Assembly (NCBI RefSeq): GCF_036971445.1
Contig: NC_091470.1
Coordinates: forward strand, 190,278,001-190,342,000
Direction of reading: 5' to 3'
Length of the DNA: 64,000 nucleotides
DNA from: Narcine bancroftii
Taxonomy: Eukaryota
Shown: one piece after another, positions 49,825-63,720 of the stretch
Numbering within the stretch: position 1 is the stretch's first letter
Layout of the letters: the number at the start of each line of letters is the position of its first letter
Made by a program: the position numbers and the translations under genes
The notes under the pieces: model-generated
Databases searched by the model: none
What the model saw: only the letters and a program-made list of their open reading frames with translations
Told to the model about the DNA's origin: nothing

Positions 49825-50750
49825 TGTAAAGGTTAAAACCATGTGTTTTTGATTCTTAGTTAATTTTGTGCCTGTCTCTTTAAGGAAGTAATGATTGTAG
49901 TGCTACCATAGTAATATGGCATAATATGTCATAATATCTGAGCAGATGGAGAGCTTGCATGTCATTCTTTGTTGAACTCTGAAGGGAATGTGAATCAAGA
50001 TAATTTTCTTTGCATTTGTCTTATTTCTTCTTGTATATGTCTTTAAAGTTGAATATCACTATATCTTTAAATTTAGCCGAATGCTTTGTTTATTCATCGT
50101 TATGTAAATCTTAATGCAAAATGTTTATGTGTTTTATCGATGAATTAAAGCTACATAAAGATGCATCTATAAAGTTTGGTTTATTGGATTAATAAGATAG
50201 TAATTCAGAATATCTTCCCCACATTTCCTTGAAGATGACACGTTTTGAAATTAGGAAATACTAGAACCTGGAAAGTGTTGTCTATATTTTGATTCAAAGA
50301 AAATTATAATTGTGAACTTTGTTTGAAAGAAAGGCTCATAAAATTTGTCTGAAAGAACTCAACTTGTTAAACTCACTGTAAAGATACAATATTCCAGAAG
50401 GCCATAAGAATATGTCTGTGAATTGCGCAGTTTAAAATTGAGCCAAGGTCTGGCCATACACCTGTGACCTTGCAAAGATAAGATACAGCTCTGGTTTACA
50501 GAATCTGGCAGAAAGTCCAGAAGAATGTATTCTTTAAAGTTATAAACAACCAGCGATAAGGAAAGCTTGTGTGCACACTCACAGATTCAAGACAATTAAG
50601 AGAAATTCTTTTAAAGGGACAATGCAAGATATAAATTTGTTTACAGTTCCCAGGAACCAGGAGAAGCAAAGATGCAGTGTGACGAACCCAAGATGGTTAA
50701 GAAGAAGTCTTGTCGGGCTAATGACCTCAAGCAAACAGCTCCTCTCAAAG
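49825..50750 (+). mobile_element. LTR/5' region of the BEL/Pao family, homologous to 51565-52460
   Basis: Starts TGTAAAGGTTAA like 51565 and is colinear with it for about 900 bp. It follows a Rex RT fragment (49690-49824). Confidence 0.65.
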
Positions 50751-51272
50751 AAATTACCTTATCACATAGAGTTTAATTTGTATACTGTATTTTTCTTTTA
50801 CAATGTTCATTTGAAACATAATTTCAAGGATTATGCACTTTTTCTGCAGTGAAAAAATGTTATTTCATTTGTGTCAAGTGTTGACTTTATTTTTCTTTAA
50901 AACTGCTCATTTTGATAAGTGAAATGTGCAATATTTGCTAATGAAGAAACAATTAAAATTTATCTGTTCATCTATTCTTTGCTTTTCTTTTAATTTGAAT
51001 TTTAAAAGTACTGCCCAAAAAATCCAGGAAATCCAAAAATCTGGATAGACCCAATCCCTGATGAGTCCAGATTTTAGGACTTCTACTGTACCTAAAGTTG
51101 TAGTGGTTTGACTCTGAAAGGCTGAAACAAGCCCAGGTGGAAATGAAATGTTGCCCTCAAATTTGTCATGGGTGATGTGGTCACAGTATAGGAGACCCCA
51201 AATGGAGAGGTGAGGTTGGTAGTGGAGTGGACAGGCAACCAGGTTTCAAACTCACCCCCACCCCCCATGACT

Positions 51273-51564
51273 TCAGAAACCCTGGCAAATTTCTATAGAT
51301 GTGTGGTGTAAAGTGTGCTGACAGGCTACTTCATGGTCTGGTATGGGGACACCAATAACCCTGAATATAAAGCCCTGCAAAAGGTAGCAGACACAACTCA
51401 GGACATCACAGGTAAAACCCTCCCCACTATCGAGAACATTCACAGAGAATGCTGCCGTCGGAGGGCAACGGCAATCATCAAAGACCCTCACCACCCAGCA
51501 CACACTCTGTTCTCGCTGCTGCCATCAGGAGAGAGGTTTCAGTGGCACAAGACTTGCACAACCT
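51273..51564 (+). mobile_element. Rex1 LINE fragment
   Basis: Encodes LANFYRC, LTGYFMVWYG and IIKDPHHPAHTLFSLLPSG. Confidence 0.85.
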
Positions 51565-52564
51565 GTAAAGGTTAACACCTTGTATTTTCAAGTTGTAGTT
51601 AATTTTATGACTATCCCTTTAAAACATAGTTGTTTGTAGTGTTACCACAGAAACTGTGACATCATAGATCATAATATCCAAGCGGACAGAGAGTTTGTAT
51701 CTCATTCTTTGGAGAATCATTACAGAGATGTAAGCTCAAGATACTTTTCTTTGAATTCATCTTAACCATCTTAATTTGTTTATTTCTTTTACATCTGTTT
51801 AAAGTTGAATGCTTTGTTTACTCATCATTAAGAAAATCTCAATGTGAAGTTATGCAAAATGTTTATCTGTTTTTATCAATGAATACTTGCTACTTACAGT
51901 TGCAACTACGAAGTTTGATATATTAAATTATTAAGATAGTAAATTTGAAATATCGCTGCTTACATTTCTTTGTAGATGGCACGTTTTGAAATTGGGAAAT
52001 ACTAGAACTTGGAAAGTGTCATCAATATTCTTATTCAAAGTATAATTGTGAACTTTGTTTGAAATAAAGACTTGTAAAATTTGTATGAAAGAGTCATAAT
52101 TTGTGAAGCGTTAAAGCTTTAAAGAATTTTAGTTGTCTGTGAGAAGATTTCAGAAATCTTTATGAGAACATGTCTGTCTGACTGCAGACACCTGTAGCCT
52201 TTCAGAGAGAAAAGAGCTCGGGTTTGCAGAATTGGCAGGAAACCCAAAAGTATGTGTCTTATAAACAACTGATATGGAAGAAGCCTGTGTGCAGAACAGA
52301 GACAGCTAGAGAAATCCTCTTAAAGGGACCACACAAGATACAAATTTATTTAAAGTTCCCAGGAACCAAGCCAGGAGACAGGCTGCAGTGTGAAGAATCC
52401 AAGATGGAGAAGAAGAAGTCTCATCGGGCTAGAGACCTCGAGCAAACAGCTCCTCTCAAAGAACTGTTTGGTTGTGCATTAAGCCAACAAGGTGGACCAA
52501 CAACGGTTGATAGGATGTTGGAGCCAGCCACCATAGAAGAAGCGGCTTCATCTACCAAACAAGA

Positions 52565-55500
52565 CGCTGGACTGCAAAAATTACTCTCTGAGCCAAACAA
52601 AAGTCTGCAGTGCGCTTACTGAGGAGAAGGATAACACCGACAGGAGGGGGGCTCAGCTGAGGAGCGGGCAAACACAACGCGACCAGCTGAGGGATCCCCG
52701 ACACCAGGGCTCTCAGTTGGAAGAAGAGGAAAGCGACAGAAAAGGGAGTGATAGGAAAGAAGTGCAGTGGCAGGAAGCCCAACAGATGAGTAGCCCAGAA
52801 GAAGAGGACCAACAGCAAGAAGCCAAGCAAGAAGAAGCCCAGCAAAGTGAGACAAGCAACTCATCAGGAAAGTCAGAAGAGACACAGATACAAGGAAGAG
52901 AAGAAGAAAACACAAACACAGCTGCAGACACAGAAGAAGAGGAAGACCAATATCTACAGAGAGAAATAGAAGGTAAAACAGATGGACAGAATATAGACAA
53001 AGTTTTTTTTCCAAGAACAAATGAGAGCATTAAAAGAATTGTTGACATTAGAATTTAATGAAATGAAAAGTACAGAAGAAAAAGTGAGTAGAATAGAGGT
53101 GGTCATGGCAGAAATAGGGAAAAGATTAGAAAATGTGGATGAACGAGAAATGGCTGTAGAAATGGAAGTGAACGACTTAAGAAGAAAATTGGAAGAAAGT
53201 GACAAAAATGTTAGAGTCACAAGAGTGGTGAGCTCAGAAAATTGATATGTTGGAAAATTATAGTAGGCGAAACAACAAAGGTAGTGGGCCTAAAGGAAGA
53301 TGAAGAAGGCACACATATGAAGGAATTTATAAAAGGGTGGATCCCAAAGGTCCTGGGAATGACAGAAATACAGGAAGGAATGGAAATAGAAAGGGCACAC
53401 AGAACACTAGCCCCGAAACCACAGACACATCAAAAACCAAGATCCATTTTAGTAAAATTTTTGAGATATATGACAAGAGAAAATATACTGGAGTGGGCAA
53501 GGAATAAAATTAGAGAAGACAATAAACCATTGGAATACAAGGGTCAAAAAATATTTTTTTACCCAGACATAATTTTGAACTCTAAAACAAGAGGAAGGAG
53601 TTTAATACAGCAAAATCAATCCTAGGGAAAAAAGGTTATAAATTTATGTTAAGACATCCAGCTGTGCTTAAAATATTTATCCCTGGGGAGCAAATCAGAC
53701 TGTTCTCAGATCCGGAGGAAGCACGAGAATTTGCAAAATGACTGGAGGACAGAAGGAGAGATGAAGAAATGTAACAAGAATGAAGAACGGCGATAAAATA
53801 CATATAAAGATATAAAAATAATGTATATATAAGAACTAAAGAATGGAAAGAGAAGGGAAGAAAGAAAGTAAGGGAATAAAAGAGGGTGAGCTTTGTTATA
53901 TGTGTAAAAAAAAGTATTTTCTGGGGGGGGTTTGGTGGGAGAGAATAGTTGACGCTTGCGAGCGGGTTCGCAATCCAAATGGAGAGGGGAGTTGTGGTTG
54001 CCTGGCAAGGGATAAGGAGAAACTTAGAGGGGGGGGCACATTTGGTTAAGGGAATATTGGATGGGGGGGTTTTTGAAGTATTTTATATTTTAAATGTGTT
54101 GTCATACATTGAGTTTAAAAAGGGAAAACTGAGAGATGAAAATGGGGAAAAGGTGAGGAAGCGGAAATGAGGTGTCAACAGGATGAGATGGCCATGTTGA
54201 ATTATATGACTATAAATATTAATGGAATACATAACCAAATTTAACATAAGAGGCTATTAAATTTCCTGAAAAAAAGAAAAAATAGACATAGCATTTGTGC
54301 AGGAAATGCAGCTAACTGAAGTGGAACGTATTAAATTAAAGAGAGACTGGGTAGGGCACATAGCGGCAGCATCATATAATTCAAAAGCTAGAGGTGTAGC
54401 TATATTAATTAATAAAAATATACCAATCAAAATAGAGGAGGAAATAATAGATCCAGGAGGGAGGTATGTAATGATAAAGTGTCAGATATATTCAGAATTT
54501 TGGAATTTGCTCAATATATATGCACCTAATGAAGAGGATCAAAAGTTTATGCAAGATATTTTTTTGACAATTGTAGATACACAAGGGGATATATTGATAG
54601 GAGGGGATTTTATCCTTAATTTGGATCCAATGTTGGATAAAACTGGACAAAAGACTAGCAAAAAGAATAAAGTGGCCAAATTTATGGTTAAATCAATGCA
54701 GGAAATGAAACATGGATATATGAAGGAGGCAGCACCCAAGGTAGAAGGAATACTCATATTATTCGAGTAGGCATAAAACATACTCAAAGATTGATATGTT
54801 TTTGTTGTCAGCCCATATTCAAGGGAGAGTCAGGAAAACCGAATATAAAGCTAGATTGCTATCTGATCATTCACCCCTGTTATTAGCAATAGAACTGGAG
54901 GACATCCCACCAAGAACATATAGATGGATGTTAAACTCCATGCTACTTAAAAGGCAGGAATTTAGAGAGTTTATTGAACGCCAAATTAAAATGTACTTTG
55001 AAATAAATACGTAATCAGTGAAAGACAAAATTATATTATGGGATGCAATGAAAGCCTTCATTAGAGGGGAGATAATAAGTTATGTAACTAAGATGAAAAA
55101 AGACTACAATCGGGAAATAGAGCAGATGGAAAGTGAAATAGTAAGTACAGAAAAGCAACAAGGGATGATATAACAAAAATAAGAGAATTGGCGGACAAAA
55201 AAAATACGAAACATTACAAACATATAAGGTGGAGAAGAACATAATGAAAATAAAGCAAAAGTATTATGAACTAGGAGAAAAAAACACACAAAATATTAGT
55301 GTGGCAACTTAAAACAGAACAAGCTAAAAGAACTGTATTGGCATCAATGATAAAGGACAAACAAATTACATATAATCCAACAGAGATTAATGAGAACGTT
55401 AAGGAATTTTATGAACAATTATACCAAACTGAGAAGGAGGGGAAAGATGATAAAATAGAAGAGTTTTTAGCTAAAATTGAACTGCCGAAATTGCGAGAAG

Positions 55501-58500
55501 AGGAACAGAACAAACTGATAAAACCATTTGAAATAGAGGAAGTACAGGATATATTAAAAAAGGTGCTGAACAATGAAATGCCTGGAGAGGATGGATTCCC
55601 AATAGAATTCTATAAAACATTTAAAGAGTTATTAATTCCTCCTCTCCTGGAAGTAATGAACCAGATAGAAGAAACACAAAACTTGCCAGATTCATGTAAG
55701 ACAGCAATAATTATAGAAATACCAAAGATGGGGAAGGATCCACTAATAACAGCATCATATAGACCAATATCTCTACTTAATTCAGGTTATAAAATAATAT
55801 CAAAATTATTACCGAACAGATTGGCCGACTGTGTACCAAAAATGGTAAAACAAGATCAAACTGGATTTATTAAGAAAAGACGAACAACGGATAATGTCTG
55901 TAAATTTATTAATCTAATTCATGCAGTTCAAGGAAATAAGAAGCCAACAGTGGCTGTTGCTTTAGACGCAGAAAAGGTCTTTGACAGGGTGGAATGGAAT
56001 TATTTATTCAAAGTATTGCAGAGGTTCAATCTACCAGAAAAATATATTAATTGGATTAAAGCATTATATAATGGGCCATTGGCGAAGGTAACAGTAAATG
56101 GATATGTATCGAACCAGTTTAAATTAAGTAGGTCAACTAGGCAGGGATGTCCATTATCTCCCTCACTGTTCACTTTAGCAATAGAACCATTGGCAGAACT
56201 GATAAGAACAGAAAATAAAATAAAATAGATAAAAATAAAGGAGAAGTATAAAATCAGTTTATTTGCAGATGACTCATAGTATACGTAACAGAACCAGAAA
56301 TATCAATAAAAGAATTACATAAGAAATTGAAGGAGTATGGAAAAATATTGGGGTGCAAGATCAATGCAAATAAAAGTGAAGTGATGCCAATGAGTAATAC
56401 AGATTATGCAGAATTTAAAGAAGAATCACCAATTAAATGGCAAACACAAGCAATCCGATACCTAGATGTTAGGTTAGATAATAATTTAAGCCACTTGTGC
56501 AAATTAAATTATCAGCCAGTAATAAAGAAATTGCAGGAAGACTTAGAACATTGGAAAGAATTACTGCTAATGTTGGTAGGGAGGGTAAATTGCATTAAAA
56601 TGAATATCTTCCCAAGGATACAATACTTATTTCAATCGTTACCATTCCCTTAACAGAGAAATTCTTTAATGAATTAAAGAGAATAATAAGGAGATTTTTA
56701 TGGAAATGTGGGGAAACCGAGGATAGCGTTAGATAAATTAACAGAGAGGTACAACCAAGGTGGTTTGCAGTTACCAAACTTTAAAAGTTATTATAGAGCA
56801 GCACAATTAAGGTATTTATCAGATTTTTATCAGACAAGGGAAAAACCAGATTGGACTAAGATAGAGCTCGATAAAATAGGGGAGAAGGTACTGGAACATA
56901 TACTTTATAAGTGGGATGAAAAGCTGGTACAATATAAAAGCCCACCAGTACTGTATCATTTACTCAATTTATGGAAGAAGATTCACTTAGAAAGGAAAAA
57001 AATGAATTACCAAATACCAAAATTATTATTGACACAAAATCCGCTAATCCCTTTTAACCTTTCCTTTAGAGCACACATGTCAAACTGTGGCCCGCAGGCC
57101 AAATTTAGCCCATGATATAATTATATTTGGCCCGTAAGATCATTTTAAAAATGTATTAGAGGTGGCCCGCTGGCCGCCGCTCCAGTATAGCGCATGCTCA
57201 GCTAATACTATAAATCCCAGAATGCATTGGCGTCAGCCTGCTAATCGCCCCCACCTCCTCTGTTTACTTTGCAGGGTCTCACCGTGGACTCTGGTTTTGG
57301 GGCCTGGCCGGTGTCAGGGGAAGCCAAGGCCACTTCCCAGCGCCCGGAACCGGAGGCCTCGGGCCTGACCTCGCCAGGACCATTGCTCACTCCCCCTCCC
57401 TGCCGCAGGCCGACCCGCGACTCACGGTGACGGGGCCGCTGATCCACCGAGATGCCGCCCTGCAGCGAGAGCCGATGCCCCTACACTGTCGTTGTCCAAC
57501 CTGATCGCCCGCAAACCCCGCCCTCCCACACACAGGCCTGAGTAAGTATTATGAACTTTAATCTCAGGATAAAACAATCTTCCAATAGTTTCATGTCACA
57601 GTGATAAATATATTCCTGGTTAAAAATGATCCTGCACCTGGATGCAAGCTCATTAGGCATAAAACTTGAAAAGTGTGTAAATCAAAGGATATCTGTACCA
57701 ATGGAAAAAGGGCATGGCAAATAACCCTGCTAGAGTTCATGCCCACAATCAGTCACCCATTTGATTGTTTCAGGAATCATGTTATTCTCCCATATTCTCA
57801 ATAGCCCTCAGATTTTACTATTCGACAGCACACTACCAACATTTGACAAATCCTCTATAGAGAAATATTATTTATTGAATATTTTATTTCTCATTTGTTA
57901 ATGCTTCTGGAAAGAGTTTATCCAAAACTATTATTAAACATTTATTTTAATAAGAAAATGTTTAACATTACATATGTTGAAAGAAGAGAAAACATGCAGA
58001 TGTTGTTGAAAATTTTCAATAAATATTTAGTTCGGCCCTCGACTTAGTCCATGATTTTAATTTTGGCCCTCCGTGAATTTGAGTTTGACACCCCTGCTTT
58101 AGAGAATGGGAGAGAAAAGGAATTAAAAGAATAGAAAATTATTTTTTGGGAAATAATTTATTAACATTTGAACAAATGAAGTATAAGTATGGAATAACTC
58201 ATGATACAATGTTTGCAATGTTTGCATACCATAAGAAAGCCTACTTAAAGGATAAATTGGGAAACAGACTGAGATTACCAGAAGGAAGCAGCTTTGAATA
58301 TGTAATTACAGAAATAATGAACATGTACATCAAGCTGCAAGAGAAGGAAAATGATGAAATAAGCTATAAACCCAAGCAAAAGTGGGAAAAAGATTTAAAC
58401 ATAAAGATAAAAAATGAAACATGGAAAATGTTATGTTCTGGAACTATGAAGAATATAATAAACACGAGGTTACGCATGATCAATATAATTGGTTACACAG

Positions 58501-59240
58501 GTTATATATCACGCCCCAAAAATTACAAAATGGGATCCAACATTATCAGATAGATGTTTTCGCTGTAAGAAGGAAATGGGAACAACAGTACATGCAACTT
58601 GGGCATGTACGAAAGTGAATACATTTTGGGAAGATCTAAATAAAGTATTAAATAAAATCACAAAAAGCAACAAACCAAAAAATCCAGAGATATTTCTTCT
58701 AAGTAATATAAGAAGTAAGGAATTAGGCCTCAAATTGGATAAAGTGCAAAAAAGATTTATTATGATAGCCTTAGCTGGAGCAAAAAAATGTATAATGTCA
58801 GCTTGGAAAATGTAAGAGAGCCTGAGAGTACAGCAATGGTACATGGAAATGAATAAATGTATTCCATCGGAAAAAATAACATATAATTTAAAAAATAAAG
58901 TCACATTATTTAAACAAATTTGGGAACCATACATGGAATATAACAGAGAGGGCTTGCCTCGGACCTCCACCCCCTAAAATGATAAGAAGACAAAATGACT
59001 TGATCCAGTGTGTAAAAGTAGATGACACATATTTCTTGTTTATTTTCATTGTGTGATGATGACATTGTTTAATGGTTTTATTGTATTGTATATGTTGAAT
59101 GTTTATTGGTTTTGAAGAAGGGAGGGAAGTGGGGAGGGAAGGTAGGGGGAAAAAAGGGGAGAAAATGACACTGTGGATGTTTGTATGTACTTTGGTTGAT
59201 TATGGTTCACAGTGTGAAAAATTTAAAAAATATTTTAAAA
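52565..59240 (+). mobile_element. Near full-length L1 (ORF1 to about 53775; ORF2 about 54188-58977), inactivated
   Basis: 15-bp TSD ATCTACCAAACAAGA at 52550-52564 and 59241-59255. ORF1 IERAHR; APE NIYAPN, GGDF and SDH; RT YRPISLL, RQGCPLSP and LFADD; CFRC knuckle; A-rich tail. Contains stops and frameshifts. Confidence 0.96.
57072..58096. mobile_element. Non-autonomous hAT (Charlie/Buster-type) DNA transposon, 1025 bp
   Basis: 8-bp TSD CTTTAGAG (57064-57071 and 58097-58104), TIRs CACACATGTCAAACT / AGTTTGACACCCCTG and GGCCC subterminal repeats. The homologous empty site is visible in the L1 copy near 6155. Confidence 0.93.
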
Positions 59241-62200
59241 ATCTACCAAACAAGAAGGCAATGCAGACCTCATTAGCTGACTGAAAGGTTAGTGGAACTG
59301 GAACAGATGAATATATGTTGCAAAGCTCCACTGAGTGAAAAGCAGAAGAAAGAGACTCAATCAGCGGTGTCTAAAAATTCATATGTGAATTCTGACGATA
59401 GTATTTCCAAGGTCATAAGCACAGAAAGATCTTTAAAGTCTTCAAAGGCATCTAGAGCAAGTTCAGCTTTGCATGCTTCAAACATATCAGCTATGCATGC
59501 TAAGGTGCAAGCAAACCTGGCTACTGTCTGTGCACAACAGTGGTTGAAGAAAAGATATGCTTTTGAGGATATGGAAGCTGAAAGCATGAAACAACCATTG
59601 GAACAAAAAGAGCAACTTTAAAGGTTACAAATAACTAGTGAAGAACAAAATGGATTATTGAATAGAGAAAAGACTGGAGCTTGAGGAACCACGTGCAATG
59701 ACTATGTCAAAGTGAAAGCATTACCTCAGGCTTCTGCAAGATTTATCACCCAAAATGAAATACCCGAAGGGCTAGCACCTAACATTTCAACTGATCAATC
59801 AGTACTGCAGCCAAGAGAAATGAGTAGACTCGAGCAAGGAGCCACGGGTGTCGCTGCGAGTGCTCAAATGGCAATGACCAATCCTTTGGAAAGAGCGAGC
59901 GACATTCAATCTCTCCAGAGCGCTAAATATAGGAATCTTCCCGAAAGGAGGGTAGTTCAAAAAAATTCAACCATGCGAGTTGATCAAAATCAACTGTTGA
60001 CATCTCTTCGTGTTGCTGGAGAACCAGTGACAAGACAAGGATCTCCACCAATGCCATCACTTACATACCAAGGATTCCCATCAATGCCATCACTTACAAG
60101 TCAAGGTGGCACCAGTTCAAGATCCATTTCTCCATTCACTCAAGACAACCAGTCACAAGCCATGGTGGACAAGACAATAGAATATCACTCATAGCAAAAC
60201 AAAATGAAATCTCTGCTCTGTTAGCACAGCAACAAGGTTCATATGATTTATCTAAGAAGGAAATTCCAGTTTAATATGGAGATCCATTGCAATATCTGAC
60301 ATTCATGAATTCCTTTGAACATCACATTGAAAGTAATACTAAAAATGCTAAATATCGTTTGTGTTACCTGGAACAGTATCCTGGAGGACAGGTGAAGGAG
60401 TTAGTCACAAGTTGCCAATATAAAAATCCAAAACAAGGTTTGAAAAGGGCAAACAAATGATTGTGTCATCGTTATGGCGATGAACATAAAATCGCAAGGG
60501 CCTACATGAAATAATAAAATCAGTAATAAAATGAGAGGACACAAAAGCTTTACAAGCATATGCACTCTTTCTGAGAGGACATTGTGGGAATGGGAAGTAG
60601 TGTACATTTGCAAGAGCTCAATTTGCTTGCTAATTTGTCGATTTCTATTAATAACTTACCTTATAAGCTGAGGGATTTATGGAGAACCAAGGTTGCAGAG
60701 CTTAAGATTCTCCCCAGAAGGAATGCCACTTTTGAGGATGTTGTACAATTCTTGGAATGGCATGTGCATGTTAACACTGTACCAGTATTTGGAAATATTA
60801 AGGATACTTCAATAGTTCCTAAAGATGTAAAGAAGTCTAAATCATCATCTCAGCAGAAACCAAAGGGAAGTACCTTTGTTACTGCTGTGTCAGATACAAG
60901 CACAAGAAAGAACAAGAAAACAAAGGAGAACGAAGGTCAGACTGTTCGGGGAAGCTGTTTGTATTGTGAAGATAAACCTGCTTTAGAAAGATGCTCACAA
61001 TTGGAGGAAAATTCGTATGATGAGAAATTAAACTTTTTAAAGAAGAATGGAATATGTTTTGGTTGCTTGTGTAAAGGACATATCACCAAAACTTGTAAAA
61101 AGCGACTCAGTTGTGATATATCCAGTTTAAAGCACCCCAAGTTACTGAATACTCCATAAAGTAAAGTTGTGAAAGAAGGCAAACAATCTGAATCCAAGAC
61201 TAAAGAGACAGTCAGAGAGGATGCTCCAACTTCAGTTCAGACAAACAGCCTGTGACAAAGCCCTCTCAATAGTTCCTGTGCAGGTTAAAGCTAAAAAGGG
61301 GAGCTTCATACTGAAGACTTGTGCATTTCTTGATCCAGGAAGTACCGCATCATTTTGTACTGTTGAATTAATGAATAAATGTAATCTTCATGGTAAAAGA
61401 TCATAGATCTGTTGAAGACAATGAATGAAGAAAATAACATTGAAACTAATATAGTTTCAGGTTTACCGATTGCCGGATTTTGTGATCTTCCAAGTGTATA
61501 CACTGTGCGTGTGAATAAGGGGAACATTCCCAATCAGGATGATATCAACAAGTGGGATCATCTAAAAGACATTTGCTTAGCCAAGAATGATGCCAAAATG
61601 GAGATGCTCATTAGATTAGATGTACCAAAAGCTCTTGAACCTCTAGAAGAAATAAGGAGTCAAAATGACGGACCTTATGCCATGAAAAAATTACTTGGAT
61701 GGACAATTAATGATGATTAGGAGGAAAAATGAATAATGTTCAGGAGTCATTGAATGCAAATATCAACAGAATTTCAGTTGTCAAAAAGTTAATGATCTGT
61801 GGGAACAACAGTTTAAAATTGATTTCCCTGAATATCTCACAGATATTCAAGAACCATCAAAGGAGGACAAGGAGTTTCTGGATTTATTTTCAAATTCTGT
61901 TAAACATGTTGATGGTCATTACTGTGTAGCATTAACTTTAAAGAGAAATTTGTATGCCAGATAGCAAAATAATTGCAGAACAGAGTATCCTGAATTTGAA
62001 GAGAAAATTCAAGAGAAATTCTTCCTTTCATTTGGCATATACAGATGTCATGTTGAATATGATAAACAAGGGTATAAGGATTATGTGGAAAAGGTATCTG
62101 AAGATATCTTGAAATATAAAGATGACAGAAAATGGTATTTACCTCATCATGGAGTTATACATCCAAAAAAGGAGAAACTGTGTGTTGTATTTGATTGTGG

Positions 62201-62356
62201 AACATCATTTCAAGGAGTTTCATAAATTCTCACCTTTTACAAGGTCCAGACTTAACCACTACTTAAAGAGATGCTCTGATAAGATTTTGTAAAGGACCTA
62301 TGGTGATTGCTGCAGATATTGAAGGGTTGTTTCAAGTGGAAGTACCATCAGAAGAT

Positions 62357-63161
62357 TATGTGGTTTTGCAAGCAGAGAGAGTCAANNNNNNNNNNNNNNN
62401 NNNNNNNNNNNNNNNNNNNNNNNNNNNNNNNNNNNNNNNNNNNNNNNNNNNNNNNNNNNNNNNNNNNNNNNNNNNNNNNNNNNNNNNNNNNNNNNNNNNN
62501 NNNNNNNNNNNNNNNNNNNNNNNAACAGCCAGCAGAAGCAGCTGGGACTGAAACAGGACAAGCTGGCAAGTTTATGAAAAATCATCTACTTGGAAGACAG
62601 CCTGGTCAAAGCCCTTGTGGTTCATGCAAGAGGAGAGGACAGACTGTCTAATGTTTCACTTGGAATAAGGGAAACAGAAAGGAACTCTGTGGTGAACTGA
62701 AAGAAAGAGGTAATCATCTGGAGAACCTGAAGGGGCAAGTTTTATCAGCAAGATACTAAAGTGGGTGATTAAAAACAAACAACAAATCTCTCTCTGAAAA
62801 TTGACAAGATCCTTCCTGAGTGGTAACCATTTACCTTTCAAACACCAAAGTCTGATGAACTTTACATATGTTAAATTCTGTGCACAGTATAAGATTTGCC
62901 TGCAACCAGTGAACTTGGAGGAATGAGAAGTGAGATTGGACTGTGAACCAAAGAACTTTTCTAAACTTACACACACATTACATACACATGCACTTAGATT
63001 GAGAAGAGGGTTAATTTAGGCTGTCAATCAATAGAGATAAGTTAAAGTTTGATTATATATTCACGTTTAAAGATAATTAAAAGCAACTTTTGTTTAAGTA
63101 ACCATTTGTCATGGTGATAATCTATTGCTGCTGGGTTTTCAGGTCCTCTGGGCTCGTAACA
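62357..63161 (+). mobile_element. Truncated LTR of the 35448/46453 family, spanning the gap
   Basis: Reverse-complement match to those copies; ends GGCTCGTAACA. Confidence 0.8.
62386..62523. other. Assembly gap (138 N)
   Basis: Run of N. Confidence 1.
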
Positions 63162-63349
63162 ACCACTCTAGGTAAATAGGAGTCTGAAAGGATTAGGGGT
63201 TCTGTGGATAAATGTGAGTTGGGGTCTGCATGGGCAGAACAGGTAAAATTAGAGTCAATTGGACAATTTAAAACCACAATTGTTAGGGAAAAAATAGAAG
63301 TAGCATTGAAAATAACATAGTAACTGCAAAGAGTGGACATGTCAGAAAT

Positions 63350-63720
63350 AAAGACCATGGACTGGACTGAATGACGAAGTGTGCTAAACAAAATAGCACG
63401 ATGAGTAAAGCGACTGTAGTTGAATTTGAAAAATGGGAGAAAAGAACAAAAAAAGCTGTCAACCCAGTGGCCAAGGGAAGGCACCTTTGACATAAACGTG
63501 TAATGAAATGGAATGGAATTACTGATCAAAAATCATGTCCAAAGATAAATCTGAAATATGAGAAGGAAAGAGAGAGCAGGAGATAGAGATAGTGAAGCTT
63601 TTCAGGACAGGAGAGAAACTGGGGAAGGTGTGTCAGGCGGTGAGAGTAACTAAAGAAGAAAGTAAAAATAACTACAGAAACAGCCTGAACAGGAGGAGAA
63701 TCAGGAAAAGAGACCAACAT
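63350..63720 (+). mobile_element. Possible degenerate class I ERV gag (matrix) fragment
   Basis: Frameshifted EFEKWEKRTKK..WPREGTFDINV resembles the WPxxG(S/T)F matrix motif. Confidence 0.4.

Larger units (their letters stand above)
51565..62356 (+). mobile_element. Degenerate BEL/Pao LTR retrotransposon, 3'-truncated and interrupted by an L1
   Basis: Gag Cys knuckles (SCLYCEDK; ICFGCLCKGHITKTC), protease AFLDPGSTASF, and RT start WYLPHHGVIHPKKEKLCVVFDCG..LQGPDL. Confidence 0.85.

Noticed and set aside
49825-52460. The two TGTAAAGGTTAA repeats as paired LTRs of one element
   Set aside because: The interval holds only unrelated sequence and a Rex fragment, and the BEL coding region lies downstream of the second copy.
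55299-56228. 309-aa ORF as a host gene or active reverse transcriptase
   Set aside because: It is a fragment of L1 ORF2 bounded by stops and frameshifts, and the element is also disrupted by a hAT insertion.
59712-61159. 160-aa and 191-aa ORFs as a zinc-finger host gene
   Set aside because: They are broken pieces of BEL/Pao gag directly upstream of protease and RT motifs.
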